Positions 44,883-54,142 are shown, counted from the stretch's first letter. The stretch is DNA of 64,000 bases from an uncultured Erysipelotrichaceae bacterium (GCA_902767375.1 CACXGV010000001.1:1080-65079), one strand, 5' to 3'. Program-made: numbers and translations. Notes: generated by a model from the letters alone, not told the origin.

Positions 44883-44911
44883 ATTATAATTTATAATTAG
44901 ATTAAAATCAA
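44883..44911 (-). promoter_or_regulatory. consensus-like promoter of the 76-aa sortase-substrate gene
   Basis: The minus strand reads TTGATT, a 17-nt spacer, then TATAAT, followed by AGGAGG. Confidence 0.6.
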
Positions 44912-44936
44912 GAAAAAAGAATAAGCACCTTATTCT
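44912..44936 (-). terminator. intrinsic terminator after dnaI
   Basis: AGAATAAG / CTTATTCT 8-bp stem with loop CAC, and a U-run on the transcript. Confidence 0.6.
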
Positions 44937-44972
44937 CTATTTCTAAATATAAAGCAAAACTAATATCTAATA

Positions 44973-45881
44973 TTATTTTCTTCTGTTTTCACCGATTAAT
45001 ATCTCCTCATCAGTTAATTGTTTTATTCTTTCCATTATTCTTCTAGCTTTAATTTTTTCTTCAGCTGTCTTATTCATAAGTAAATGATTTTCAAATTCAT
45101 CTAAACTTAAATTAGATGTAAAAAAAGTACATTTTTTATTATCCATACGATATTGTAGAATAGTCCCCAGTATCTCATCTCTATTCCAAGTACTAATTGT
45201 TTCAGCTCCAATATCATCTAATAAGAGTAAATCACATCTCTTAATTTCTTCTATTCTTTCAGGATAATCTTCACTATTAAAATTTTCCTTTAAACTTCTA
45301 AGTAATTCTGGATAATAAACGACTATAACACTATAATCTTTAGATAATTCATTTAAAAAGGCACTTACCAAATAAGTTTTACCTGAGCCAAAAGATCCAT
45401 GTAAATATAATCCCTTACATTTAGAATCTTTCTTAAAATTATCATAAAACTTTTGTAACCATTTTATAACCTTAGTTCTACTCTTATCAACTTCAATATC
45501 ACTTACTCTAGCCATTTTAATCTCATAAGGCATTTTATAAAACTTACTTTTAACTTCTTCCTCTTCTTTAAGATGTTTCTTCATATATTTACAAGCAACA
45601 TAATTAAATTCTAACTTATCATTATTAACAGTAGGATAATAAACCATACCTTCTACTTTATTCTTACATACAGCTAGTGACTTACAATTTTGACAATTAT
45701 TAAGTTCCTCTATAGTTCTTTCCAATTTAGAAGTATATTTATAAGCTACATTATCTTTAATCTTTAAAGTATTGACTAATTTTTTAAAATTTTCATTCTT
45801 TATCGCACTAGCATATGCACTTTTTAAATCATGATCTAAATCTCTAGATTTAAAACTAATACTATCATTAATATCTTTCAT
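44973..45881 (-). CDS. dnaI: primosomal helicase loader DnaI
   Basis: N-terminal Cys-rich zinc module (CQNCKSLAVCKN), Walker A LHGSFGSGKTYL, Walker B LLLLDDIGAE. Confidence 0.85.
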   Translation of the reverse strand: MKDINDSISFKSRDLDHDLKSAYASAIKNENFKKLVNTLKIKDNVAYKYTSKLERTIEELNNCQNCKSLAVCKNKVEGMVYYPTVNNDKLEFNYVACKYMKKHLKEEEEVKSKFYKMPYEIKMARVSDIEVDKSRTKVIKWLQKFYDNFKKDSKCKGLYLHGSFGSGKTYLVSAFLNELSKDYSVIVVYYPELLRSLKENFNSEDYPERIEEIKRCDLLLLDDIGAETISTWNRDEILGTILQYRMDNKKCTFFTSNLSLDEFENHLLMNKTAEEKIKARRIMERIKQLTDEEILIGENRRK

Positions 45882-45883
45882 AA

Positions 45884-47170
45884 TTATCTAAACTCCTTTA
45901 AATATGCCTCTAATGCCTCAAGTTCAGCCTTTTCCTCATCACTAATTGGTTCTTCAGGTTTTGTATTTTTATCAAACCAAGATGGAAGTTTAACATCTTT
46001 ATCGCTCTTCTTATTAGTTCCCTTCTTCCATTCTTTTAATGCTTGATTCATCGCTCCTGAAGCAGTCTTAATGCCAAGTCTAATCCACTGTCCTGCAATA
46101 GTTTCTATATAACTTTTAGATAACTTATTATCATTAGTCTTTAAAACATAATCTATTAAAACATTTATAACTGCCGGCATCATTCCTAAATCAACTGCCA
46201 AATACTCAAGTAATCTTAAATCTCTAGCTGTTGGACTTACATTCTTATACTTACTCTTTAAGAAATCATAAGGAGTAGTATTTTCAAAAATATAAATCAT
46301 TTTGCCTCTATTAGAAATATCTCCTTCTGGACTCTTTAAATAATCAGGTTGAGAACGATATATTAAAGTAGGTAAATTACCTCCATTATTATATTCATAA
46401 TACTTTCTAACTTCCCTAACTAATGCATCCTTATCAATCATCCCATTTTCATTAATAGTAAGTCGTACTATTTCTGATAATTTTAAAGTATCTAAATTAT
46501 ATACAAAAGCAAGTGAATTAATTAACTCTTTCATCTTCTTATTTAACGCTTTATCACTTAAAACATGATTAGGGATACTTTCCTCCAGCAAATCAAAATC
46601 AATTAAAGAATTAATCTCAACCTTAGCTTCCTTCTTACTTTTAATATCATCATTATTAAAAATATTCCCCATTGTAGTCTTAAAAGTATCATTTAACTTA
46701 GAACTAATTTCCACATAATCATCATATCTACTAATAGGTTTCTTATATTCCTTAATTAAATCTTTATATTCATTTTCTCCAATATTATTATATAAAATAA
46801 TATTTAAGACTGGGTGATTAAAAAACTCATAAGCACTTATCGGACTAAATAACTCATAAATATAATGATTAATATCCTTTTCCTCTTTCAAATAAGTCTT
46901 AATAAGCCCTACTGCCTCTAAAGCTTCTCTAGCCTCTCTAATATCCTCTAATTTAGTCTTTAAAAAAGTCATAAGATGATGATGAGTAAAATCCTTGCTC
47001 ATAACCTCACTACGATCTAAATCACCCCACAAAGTTAAATAAAGACTTATCGGAAGAGGACCTATAATAGGTTCATATAAATTAATAAGATTCTTCTTAT
47101 CCTCTTCAGTTAGTATGCTTTTATTTACCACAATATAACTATCTGCCGGAAGTAAACTTACCTTTTTCAT
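45884..47170 (-). CDS. dnaB: replication initiation and membrane attachment protein DnaB (Firmicutes DnaB/DnaD family)
   Basis: The N-terminus LLPADSYIVVNKSILTEEDKKNLINLYEPIIGPLPISLYLTLWGDL closely parallels B. subtilis DnaB. The gene is followed by dnaI. Confidence 0.8.
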   Translation of the reverse strand: MKKVSLLPADSYIVVNKSILTEEDKKNLINLYEPIIGPLPISLYLTLWGDLDRSEVMSKDFTHHHLMTFLKTKLEDIREAREALEAVGLIKTYLKEEKDINHYIYELFSPISAYEFFNHPVLNIILYNNIGENEYKDLIKEYKKPISRYDDYVEISSKLNDTFKTTMGNIFNNDDIKSKKEAKVEINSLIDFDLLEESIPNHVLSDKALNKKMKELINSLAFVYNLDTLKLSEIVRLTINENGMIDKDALVREVRKYYEYNNGGNLPTLIYRSQPDYLKSPEGDISNRGKMIYIFENTTPYDFLKSKYKNVSPTARDLRLLEYLAVDLGMMPAVINVLIDYVLKTNDNKLSKSYIETIAGQWIRLGIKTASGAMNQALKEWKKGTNKKSDKDVKLPSWFDKNTKPEEPISDEEKAELEALEAYLKEFR

Positions 47171-47191
47171 ACTAACACCTTCTTCAAATAT

Positions 47192-47220
47192 ATTTTAACT
47201 TTAATATAACCCTAAATCAA
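47192..47220 (-). promoter_or_regulatory. promoter of dnaB-dnaI
   Basis: The minus strand reads TTGATT, a 17-nt spacer, then TAAAAT, followed by GAAGAAGGTG and the ATG. Confidence 0.5.
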
Positions 47221-47249
47221 GAAAAAAGATAAACTTTAAAATTTATCTT
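47220..47249 (-). terminator. intrinsic terminator after the 595-aa BspA-type gene
   Basis: AAGATAAA / TTTATCTT 8-bp stem with an 8-nt loop, and a U-run on the transcript. Confidence 0.5.
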
Positions 47250-47278
47250 TAAATATTAAATATATACCAATTATCTTC

Positions 47279-49066
47279 CTACTTTACTGTAAATGTTAAA
47301 GTATTAGGAATAGAAGTATTCGGATTATTTCCATTGGAAAGTGTTCCTACATTATTAAATCTATCAGCATCAACCTGTGTCCTAGCATAACCAACCGTTG
47401 CTCCATTATTAGAAAACATTGATTCCATTGTAGTTACATTAGAAGTATCAAAGGAACTTAAATCTAGAACTGCTGCATCACACCATTCAAACATGTGCTC
47501 CATACTAGTTACATTCGATGTATCAAAATTGCTTACATCTATTGATGTAGCATAACTAAATGCAAACATCGAATACATATTGGTTACTTTTGATGTATCA
47601 AAATTGCTTACATCCAAAGATGAAGCAAGTGTATAAAAAAACATAGAACCCATAGTTGTTACATTTGAAGTATCAAAACTACTTACATCAATAGTTAAAG
47701 CCTCACTATAATAGAACATTGCTCCCATATCAGTTACATTTGAGGTGTTGAAATTACTTAAAACCAAACTTTCTGCTTTACTGCCGGAAAACATCCAACT
47801 CATGTTAGTTACTTTGGATGTATCAAAACTGCTTACATCCAAGCTCGTTGCCTCACAGTATTGAAGCATATATGACATATCAGTTACATTTGAAGTATCA
47901 AAGGAGCTTAAATCTAAACTGGTTGCCTTAGAACTTCTAAACATCCTCTGCATATCCGTTACATTAGATGTAGAAAAAGACCCAACCTCTATGCTGGTTG
48001 CTACACTATCTTGGAACATACCATTCATATTAGTTACATTTGATGTATCAAAGGAACTCAAATCCAGACTAGTAGCTGATGAACTCGAAAACATATATTG
48101 CATTGTAGTTACACTTGAAGTATCAAAACCACTTAAATCTAAAGATGTTGCAGATGTATTGAAAAACATACCCTTCATAGTCGTGACATTTGAAGTATCA
48201 AAACTACTTAAATCCACTGAAGTTGCTTTACTATGTGCAAACATATAAGACAACGCCAGAACAGGCTTATCATCTATATATGCACAAAACTCAGTTGCTA
48301 CTGGATCTGTTAATGTCTTATCTGTTAACATTACTCCCCATCCATTTTGTAATGGTGCTGAATTCCAAGTACTTATACCGCTACCATACATATTATACTT
48401 ATAAGTATATTGACCATCTACATAAGCTGTGCCATTTGCTGGAGTTGCTCCTTCAACATAATCATTAGTATAACAATGTTTACCATTATGATTTTGATTA
48501 GCAGTTGCTATTGTAGTTCCATACTCTCTTACATCTACTTTAGCATTAAATACTGCTTCTTGATTCATATTTTGATCTTTGCCATTATCTTTAAAATATA
48601 TCTTTAAGGTATATACATGGGTTTCTCCATCTGATTGTAAGAATATTCCTGTTCCGAATTTAAAGAATCCACTTGTTTTTGTTATTGATTTACCAGTAAT
48701 ATCTGCTATCTTTGTTCCATTTGTTCCTACTCCAGTTAAATCAAATGTTAATTGTCCTCCTTTAAAGGTATTTGATTCAATATTTAAACCTAGTTCATAT
48801 TTCATTTCTTGATTAGTCGTATTCCATCCTGTTAAAGTTATTTGTTTTGTTATCCAGGCTTCTTCCCTTGGATAGATATTACTTACACTTACAGTAGCAT
48901 CATCTTCTGAATACTCAATTCCCATTCTTCCTGCTGTTAAACTTATTGTACTAGCAGACTCTAAGCCAGTTATTCTTGCACTAAAGTAGGCATATGTTAC
49001 TCCGATTAAAACTAATGCAAGCGCTATAACCGATACTACACCCACATTTTTACTTTTTTTATCCAT
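47279..49066 (-). CDS. surface protein: TasA/camelysin-like N-module with SipW-type signal peptide, plus 11 BspA/DUF285-type leucine-rich repeats
   Basis: N-terminus ...IGVTYAYFSARITGLESASTISLTAGRMGI...HVYTLKIYFKDNGKDQ, followed by 11 copies of a 25-aa repeat (LDLSSFDTSNVTxMxxMF). Confidence 0.7.
   Translation of the reverse strand: MDKKSKNVGVVSVIALALVLIGVTYAYFSARITGLESASTISLTAGRMGIEYSEDDATVSVSNIYPREEAWITKQITLTGWNTTNQEMKYELGLNIESNTFKGGQLTFDLTGVGTNGTKIADITGKSITKTSGFFKFGTGIFLQSDGETHVYTLKIYFKDNGKDQNMNQEAVFNAKVDVREYGTTIATANQNHNGKHCYTNDYVEGATPANGTAYVDGQYTYKYNMYGSGISTWNSAPLQNGWGVMLTDKTLTDPVATEFCAYIDDKPVLALSYMFAHSKATSVDLSSFDTSNVTTMKGMFFNTSATSLDLSGFDTSSVTTMQYMFSSSSATSLDLSSFDTSNVTNMNGMFQDSVATSIEVGSFSTSNVTDMQRMFRSSKATSLDLSSFDTSNVTDMSYMLQYCEATSLDVSSFDTSKVTNMSWMFSGSKAESLVLSNFNTSNVTDMGAMFYYSEALTIDVSSFDTSNVTTMGSMFFYTLASSLDVSNFDTSKVTNMYSMFAFSYATSIDVSNFDTSNVTSMEHMFEWCDAAVLDLSSFDTSNVTTMESMFSNNGATVGYARTQVDADRFNNVGTLSNGNNPNTSIPNTLTFTVK
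47387..48259 (-). repeat. eleven 75-bp (25-aa) BspA/DUF285-type LRR repeats, coding
   Basis: F of the FDTSNVT motif recurs every 25 residues from residue 289 to residue 539. Confidence 0.85.
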
Positions 49067-49071
49067 AAGAA

Positions 49072-49094
49072 AATCACTACCCTCTATAGTGATT
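49072..49094 (-). promoter_or_regulatory. SD-sequestering leader hairpin of the 595-aa gene
   Basis: On the mRNA: AATCACTA-TAGAGGG-TAGTGATT (8 bp, or 9 counting a U-G pair), ending 5 nt before the ATG. Confidence 0.5.
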
Positions 49095-49109
49095 ATCTCA
49101 TAATTTTTA

Positions 49110-49781
49110 TTAATTTGTAAAGAACTCTGTAAATTTTAATTCTTCGTCTATTAATACTTCATCTGTTAATTCTTCAATAGAGCTTTCTTGCTTATCAGAT
49201 AAGCCAGTTGTTAATTTTTTAGCTAATCCTTTTTCAATATAAATAAATGTTGGAGCATAAATTCTTTTTTCTCCTACCTTAACTTCCTTACCTTTATCAT
49301 CAGTTAAAGTATAATCAGATAGTAAATCTTTAAATACCTTAAGTAATGAATAATAATCATCTGTAGCAGGGATTTCTAATTCTGGAAGTCCTTTTTTATT
49401 TAATTGATATTTACTTCTAAGAATTTCTTTCCCATCTTTATCCCATATTTTAACATAATATATTTTTTCTATATTATTTTCCTTAGCAACTTTAACCGCT
49501 TCTTCTAAAACGCTTCTGCACCAAGGACATAGTGGATCCCCAAAATAAACATATACTGATTCTTTATTATTAATCTTTTCTAATAAAGATTTAGTAGTTA
49601 TACTTTCAAAAGGATTATCAATATCAATACTTATTTCTCTAATCTTTGAACCATTAGTATTAAGTTTTCCATTAAGTGATTCATATTCTAGTTTAAAAGC
49701 CATCGCATTCTCATTAGTTTCTTTTTTATTACATCCAAATAAACAAATAATCAGTAAAAATACAATTAATATTCTTTTCAT
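49110..49781 (-). CDS. thioredoxin-fold lipoprotein (extracytoplasmic thiol-disulfide oxidoreductase candidate)
   Basis: Lipobox LFGC and the CxxC motif GDPLCPWCRS. Confidence 0.7.
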   Translation of the reverse strand: MKRILIVFLLIICLFGCNKKETNENAMAFKLEYESLNGKLNTNGSKIREISIDIDNPFESITTKSLLEKINNKESVYVYFGDPLCPWCRSVLEEAVKVAKENNIEKIYYVKIWDKDGKEILRSKYQLNKKGLPELEIPATDDYYSLLKVFKDLLSDYTLTDDKGKEVKVGEKRIYAPTFIYIEKGLAKKLTTGLSDKQESSIEELTDEVLIDEELKFTEFFTN

Positions 49782-49832
49782 ATTACCACCAATTAAATTA
49801 TAACATAATTAAAAAAGCAATCAAATGATTGC

Positions 49833-52184
49833 TTAATTAAAATCATAAAAATATTTCTTTCTATTAATAACTAGATATGTAGTTCCTATAATGGCAATAG
49901 CGCCTACAAAGTATAATAAATAATCAGTAATACCCGTACTTGGGTTTTGATTATTAGAATCTGTTGTAGATCCTGTATTATTATTTACTGGTGTAACACC
50001 ATTACCTTCTTCTACATTAATATCAATAACTTTTACTTTAAGAGTTCCTCTTATTCCACTACCATCTTTAGCAAGGGCATAAATAGTTACTTCTCCTTTT
50101 TTAAGGCCTGTAACTACTCCATTTTCATCTACCGTAGCAACTGAAGTATCTGAACTACTCCACATAACTTCTTTATTATCTGCATCAGCTGGAGATACTG
50201 TAGCAGTTAAATTTAATGTTCCTCTTACTGATACTTCATCTTTACCATTAATCGTAATTGCAGTTACTAAAACTGGTGCTGGACTACTTACTGTAATATT
50301 TTGGGTAGTAACTATATCTCTATAAACAAATCTAATAGTATAATTCCCAGCATTTACGCCTTCTTTTAACGTTACTTTATAACCTTCTTGAAATAATGTA
50401 ATATCAAAATTACCTGTTACATCATTACCTCTAGAATCTAACACAGTTACAGCTACATCAGATATATCATCAATATTACTTACTGTAAGTGGTACATAAT
50501 AATATTCTCCATCATCTTCGGTAGTTATTTTTTCAATACTAGCTTGAGGTGTACTAGAAGATAAATTATAACCAAGTGGTGTTGAGAATACATGCATAAT
50601 AGGTAAGAATTTAGCTTCACTATTAGTTGTTGTATCAATCCATTGAATACCATTTACACTATAATATGAAACAGAACCTGGAAGTGTTGCCATCGCATAC
50701 ATATTATCTGATTCAGAAGTAAAATCTTCATAAACATTTACTAAATATGCTGTATTAGAAGATCCAGGAAGGCCTTCAGAAGGTTCTAAATCATATGTAT
50801 TACCAGATGTATATTTCATATATACATAAATATTTGGACCACTTACAACATATGGATTATCTAAAGGAACTGTAACATATCCTTCATACTCTCCTTCATA
50901 AGTTGCAACAACAGTAGCTTTTCCAAAATCATCTTCACTACCAATATATAATTCTATTCTATCATCAGGTGATAAATATACATTAATTCTATCAATAATT
51001 TCTGCATCTGTATTTGCTCTTCTAAATATTTGTTTAAAATAAATTGTATTTCCTACTGGAATAACAATATTTGAATTAATTCCTAATGTATCATAATAAT
51101 ACGCTTTTTCTGGTACATTAGTTGAAACTTCATCAACTGACATATTAAACACACATGAGTAAACATCATAATAACTCATATAATGATATCCCTTGCCAAT
51201 TGTGTCATTACCAATAAAATCCGGATAAGTATTTTTAACAATCCATGCTCCATTAGCAGGTGCAGGTGTTGCAAAATTTTCTTTAGGATAATTATCATCC
51301 CATCCTACAATTGTAATAGCATGATTATACATTTCACCAGAAACACCATCATAATAACTATTTAAATAGTTAGTATCAAAACTTTCACTATACATTAATG
51401 ATGTTAAAGCGCCCCTTGTAACAATTAAATATTTCATTGTTTCAATATCATTTGGATCTCCGCACTCACCGCCAAAATGATATAACACATCTGCTACATT
51501 ATAATCTGCTTTTAAACCATAAGAATTAGAAATCTTTGGAGTATATTCACTAAATGGAACCTTAGATTCTAAAACTGGACCTCTACCTTGAGCTAGATAT
51601 GTTCCGCTCATAAAAGATGTTCCACCAGTATCTACTCCAGTTTCACTTGTTTCATGTCCCCTATAACCATAAGGATTTACCACCATTCCAGTTGGCATAG
51701 GTCTTCCATCAGATATACTTCTTGTTACACTAAAACCTAAATGTCTTTCTGATAAATCAAGTGCTTCCCCAGTAGAAAGTAAATAATTTGATTCAACTGC
51801 AGCCATAGTTGCAAAGCTCCAACATAAATTACTATCTACTATATTACCAGTCGCTATATCCATTGAAATAATTTGATTTTTAACTGGTGTAACATAATTT
51901 TCACCATCAACATTTCTTAAATCAAATGCACTTTTATCCCATGGATACCCAGTACTACCAGATCCTACATTTTTAACATTGAATTTATTACTAGTATCAA
52001 TAAATTCTTGACATCTTACTGGTTCTGGAGTTTTCTTTCTCAAAGCAGGTTTTAAAGCTGCCCACTTTTTATGCAAAACCGTCTCTGTACAAACCGTTCC
52101 ATCGTTTCCTACATACTCTAGAGCTAAAACATCTCTAGCGCCAAATAAAAACAATAGACTCAAAAATAAAAATACTTTCTTCAT
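49833..52184 (-). CDS. cell-wall-anchored papain-family (C1) cysteine peptidase with Big_2 domain
   Basis: Catalytic Cys in NLCWSFATMAAVE, His in YNHAITIVGWD, Asn in WIVKNTY. Ig-like Big_2 segment (LNLTATVSPADADNKEVMWSSSDTSVATVDENGVVTGLKKGE). C-terminal NPSTG, then a hydrophobic stretch and RKK. Confidence 0.8.
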   Translation of the reverse strand: MKKVFLFLSLLFLFGARDVLALEYVGNDGTVCTETVLHKKWAALKPALRKKTPEPVRCQEFIDTSNKFNVKNVGSGSTGYPWDKSAFDLRNVDGENYVTPVKNQIISMDIATGNIVDSNLCWSFATMAAVESNYLLSTGEALDLSERHLGFSVTRSISDGRPMPTGMVVNPYGYRGHETSETGVDTGGTSFMSGTYLAQGRGPVLESKVPFSEYTPKISNSYGLKADYNVADVLYHFGGECGDPNDIETMKYLIVTRGALTSLMYSESFDTNYLNSYYDGVSGEMYNHAITIVGWDDNYPKENFATPAPANGAWIVKNTYPDFIGNDTIGKGYHYMSYYDVYSCVFNMSVDEVSTNVPEKAYYYDTLGINSNIVIPVGNTIYFKQIFRRANTDAEIIDRINVYLSPDDRIELYIGSEDDFGKATVVATYEGEYEGYVTVPLDNPYVVSGPNIYVYMKYTSGNTYDLEPSEGLPGSSNTAYLVNVYEDFTSESDNMYAMATLPGSVSYYSVNGIQWIDTTTNSEAKFLPIMHVFSTPLGYNLSSSTPQASIEKITTEDDGEYYYVPLTVSNIDDISDVAVTVLDSRGNDVTGNFDITLFQEGYKVTLKEGVNAGNYTIRFVYRDIVTTQNITVSSPAPVLVTAITINGKDEVSVRGTLNLTATVSPADADNKEVMWSSSDTSVATVDENGVVTGLKKGEVTIYALAKDGSGIRGTLKVKVIDINVEEGNGVTPVNNNTGSTTDSNNQNPSTGITDYLLYFVGAIAIIGTTYLVINRKKYFYDFN

Positions 52185-52207
52185 TTTACCTCACCTATTC
52201 TAAAAAA

Positions 52208-52237
52208 ATAATATCAAAAATAGGCTTATAATGTCAA
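52208..52237 (-). promoter_or_regulatory. promoter of the C1 peptidase gene
   Basis: The minus strand reads TTGACA, an 18-nt spacer containing TG, then TATTAT (extended -10 TGATATTAT). Confidence 0.5.
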
Positions 52238-52287
52238 TAATTGATAAAATAAACACACCAAGAGTTTTTATTCATTGTCAAATAATA

Positions 52288-52320
52288 GTAAAAAAATAAT
52301 TTGCCTTAAAGCAAATTATT
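52288..52320 (-). terminator. intrinsic terminator after the adhesin gene
   Basis: AATAATTTGC / GCAAATTATT 10-bp stem with loop CTTAAA. The stop codon lies in the stem, and a U-run follows on the transcript. Confidence 0.65.
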
Positions 52321-54067
52321 TTTTATTGATAGTTTTAACTTTTTCTTTACCTTTTTTTCTATTTTTAGCAATTACTGTAATTCCAGCTGTTGTACCAGCA
52401 GCAGCTATAAGTAATAATAATCCATTTTCTAAATTAAATGTCTTATCTCCAGTATCTGGAATAACTCTTGCATTTGGATCAACTGTAGGTGTTGGTGAAA
52501 CAACTACTACGCTACCATCAGTATTTGAATAATCACCTTGTTCAATGTTTCCATCTCTTTCATCTACTACAGTTACAATAGTCTTAATACCATCTTCATA
52601 TGGATCATACCATTTAACACCTAAGAAGTTTTGATAAATCTCTTGATCTTCTTCACTTTTAGCTCTATAAATGTATAAATGCATATCAGCTGGATGTTTA
52701 TCTAAATCACTAACTAAATAACGGAATAAAGAAACATATTTTTCTGGGATTCTAATTCCATGTTGTGTATACCAGTGTTCAGCTAAAAGTCCAAGGCCAT
52801 CTCCATTACCTGGATCTACAACATATCCTTTAGGATCATTTTCATCATATCTATAATATTTTAAATATTTAATTTGATCATAAACAATATTACCATTTGC
52901 ATCTCTTACAATATTACCATTTGCATCATGTCTAGCTACTTCTGTAGCATCTTCAGCAGATGTATATGTTTTAAGAGCAAGTTCAGTAACTAATCTAATT
53001 TCAGTCTCAGTAAGTTCTGGGAATACATCAGATACAATAGTTCTATGATAAATAATATCTAATAATTTATTATATAATTCTGCATCAGAAATTGCTGGTT
53101 CAGCAAGTGGAGCATAATCTCTAATATTTTCATCAGTTAAGATTAAACCATTATAATAAATACGATCTGGTTCTCTTAATTCTCTATTAATACAATAAGC
53201 TTCTTGTTTTAATCCTTTACTTTCTAAATAATATAAAGCAACTCCTCTATTATGCCAGCATACAGCACGACTATCATCATGATCTACACCAGCAATAACA
53301 TCTTCTTCTTCAATAACTTCAGCTTTAACTGTAAACTGTTGATCTGGTGCTAAAATATATCCTTTTGGAGCATATTTTTCATGTAAAGTATAAGTACCTT
53401 CATGAAGTAATAACATATGATCAGATCCATCTGTAATCCATTCATCAATAACTTTTCCACATGGTCCAATAATTTGTAATATAGCACCAATTACAGGTTC
53501 ACCTTCATCATCAACTTTTTTAACAATTACAGGTACTTCAATTTCATCCTCTGGTTCTTCACAAGGATCAGTTGGTCCCGGTGTTGGAACTGGTGTTGGC
53601 TCTGGTCCAACTGGAGGATTTGTAGGTACTGGTGTTGGTTGTGGTGTTGGTTGTGGTGTTGGTGTAGGATCATCTTGTTCATGGAATTCTTCCTCATCAA
53701 TAATATCCTTATGAGGCATTTCATCACTTTCACCATCATCACCAAACGTAATAGTATCCCCTGAATCACTATTACTTGTATTTGACCTAGATGCTGGAGC
53801 AGCTGGTGCAGCTGGAGCTTGTACAACTGGTGCTTCTACAACAGGTTCACTAAAATCAATAGAAACTGTTTCATTTCCCCCATTACCATCACTAACTACA
53901 ATTGCAGTATCGCCTGGTTCATCTAATAATTCTCCAAATTGAATTTGGTCAACTATAACATCATCATCGGCATAAGCACGAGTTTGTAGGGAAAAACCTA
54001 CATGACTAGTCATTAAAAATGATAATGCATAAGATACAAATTTTATGGTTCCTCTTTTCATTCTCAT
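52316..54067 (-). CDS. cell-wall-anchored adhesin: Pro/Thr linker, SpaA/CnaB-type fold, thioester-domain-like region, IPDTG sorting signal
   Basis: Signal peptide and PTPTPQPTPQPTPVP linker. VKKVDDEGEPVIGAILQI...GTYTLHEKYAPKGY is prealbumin/CnaB-like. YCINRE motif. C-terminal IPDTG, then a hydrophobic stretch and NRKKGKEK. Confidence 0.6.
   Translation of the reverse strand: MRMKRGTIKFVSYALSFLMTSHVGFSLQTRAYADDDVIVDQIQFGELLDEPGDTAIVVSDGNGGNETVSIDFSEPVVEAPVVQAPAAPAAPASRSNTSNSDSGDTITFGDDGESDEMPHKDIIDEEEFHEQDDPTPTPQPTPQPTPVPTNPPVGPEPTPVPTPGPTDPCEEPEDEIEVPVIVKKVDDEGEPVIGAILQIIGPCGKVIDEWITDGSDHMLLLHEGTYTLHEKYAPKGYILAPDQQFTVKAEVIEEEDVIAGVDHDDSRAVCWHNRGVALYYLESKGLKQEAYCINRELREPDRIYYNGLILTDENIRDYAPLAEPAISDAELYNKLLDIIYHRTIVSDVFPELTETEIRLVTELALKTYTSAEDATEVARHDANGNIVRDANGNIVYDQIKYLKYYRYDENDPKGYVVDPGNGDGLGLLAEHWYTQHGIRIPEKYVSLFRYLVSDLDKHPADMHLYIYRAKSEEDQEIYQNFLGVKWYDPYEDGIKTIVTVVDERDGNIEQGDYSNTDGSVVVVSPTPTVDPNARVIPDTGDKTFNLENGLLLLIAAAGTTAGITVIAKNRKKGKEKVKTINKK
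53575..53670 (-). repeat. Pro/Thr-rich linker with 12-bp tandem units, locally GC-richer
   Basis: The plus strand reads ggtgttggttgt ggtgttggttgt ggtgttggtgt, encoding PTPQPTPQPTP. Confidence 0.7.
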
Positions 54068-54104
54068 ATAAATCACCTTTTAATTCCTTTCAAATTAGTT
54101 TCCT

Positions 54105-54133
54105 ATTCTAGTACATTTTTCCCATTTTGTCAA
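54105..54133 (-). promoter_or_regulatory. promoter of the adhesin gene
   Basis: The minus strand reads TTGACA, a 17-nt spacer, then TAGAAT. Confidence 0.55.
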
Positions 54134-54142
54134 TATTTCACT

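Noticed and set aside
44973-47170. The DnaB/DnaD-family plus DnaI-type loader pair next to the T4SS island might be the replication module of an ICE or plasmid.
   Set aside because: Both proteins follow the chromosomal B. subtilis DnaB and DnaI architectures closely: the DnaB N-terminus is nearly collinear, and DnaI has its zinc module plus AAA+. They are in the canonical dnaB-dnaI order, with their own promoter and a terminator separating them from the island.
47387-48259. Strict ~75-bp periodicity that at first glance could suggest a CRISPR-like repeat-spacer array.
   Set aside because: The periodic units are in frame within one long ORF and encode the 25-aa BspA/DUF285 LRR consensus (FDTSNVTxMxxMF). 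The inter-repeat stretches are conserved too, and there are no unique spacers. No other array-like structure was seen in any intergenic region.
49053-49060. A7 (T7 on the plus strand) homopolymer in codons 3-5 of the 595-aa gene, with A6 in the 547-aa gene, as a possible slipped-strand phase-variation tract.
   Set aside because: The tracts are short and simply encode Lys-Lys in an extremely AT-rich genome, where runs of this length are frequent everywhere. They are not distinguishable from background.
53527-53826. Same-strand out-of-frame internal ORFs: 53527-53826, 29080-29262, 44271-44474, 57849-58058, 62292-62504. Also the plus-strand ORF 52275-52532.
   Set aside because: Each is nested in, or overlaps, a gene with clear domain content in another frame. 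The translations are compositionally odd (for example Gln/His runs from the Pro/Thr linker). None has a convincing RBS.
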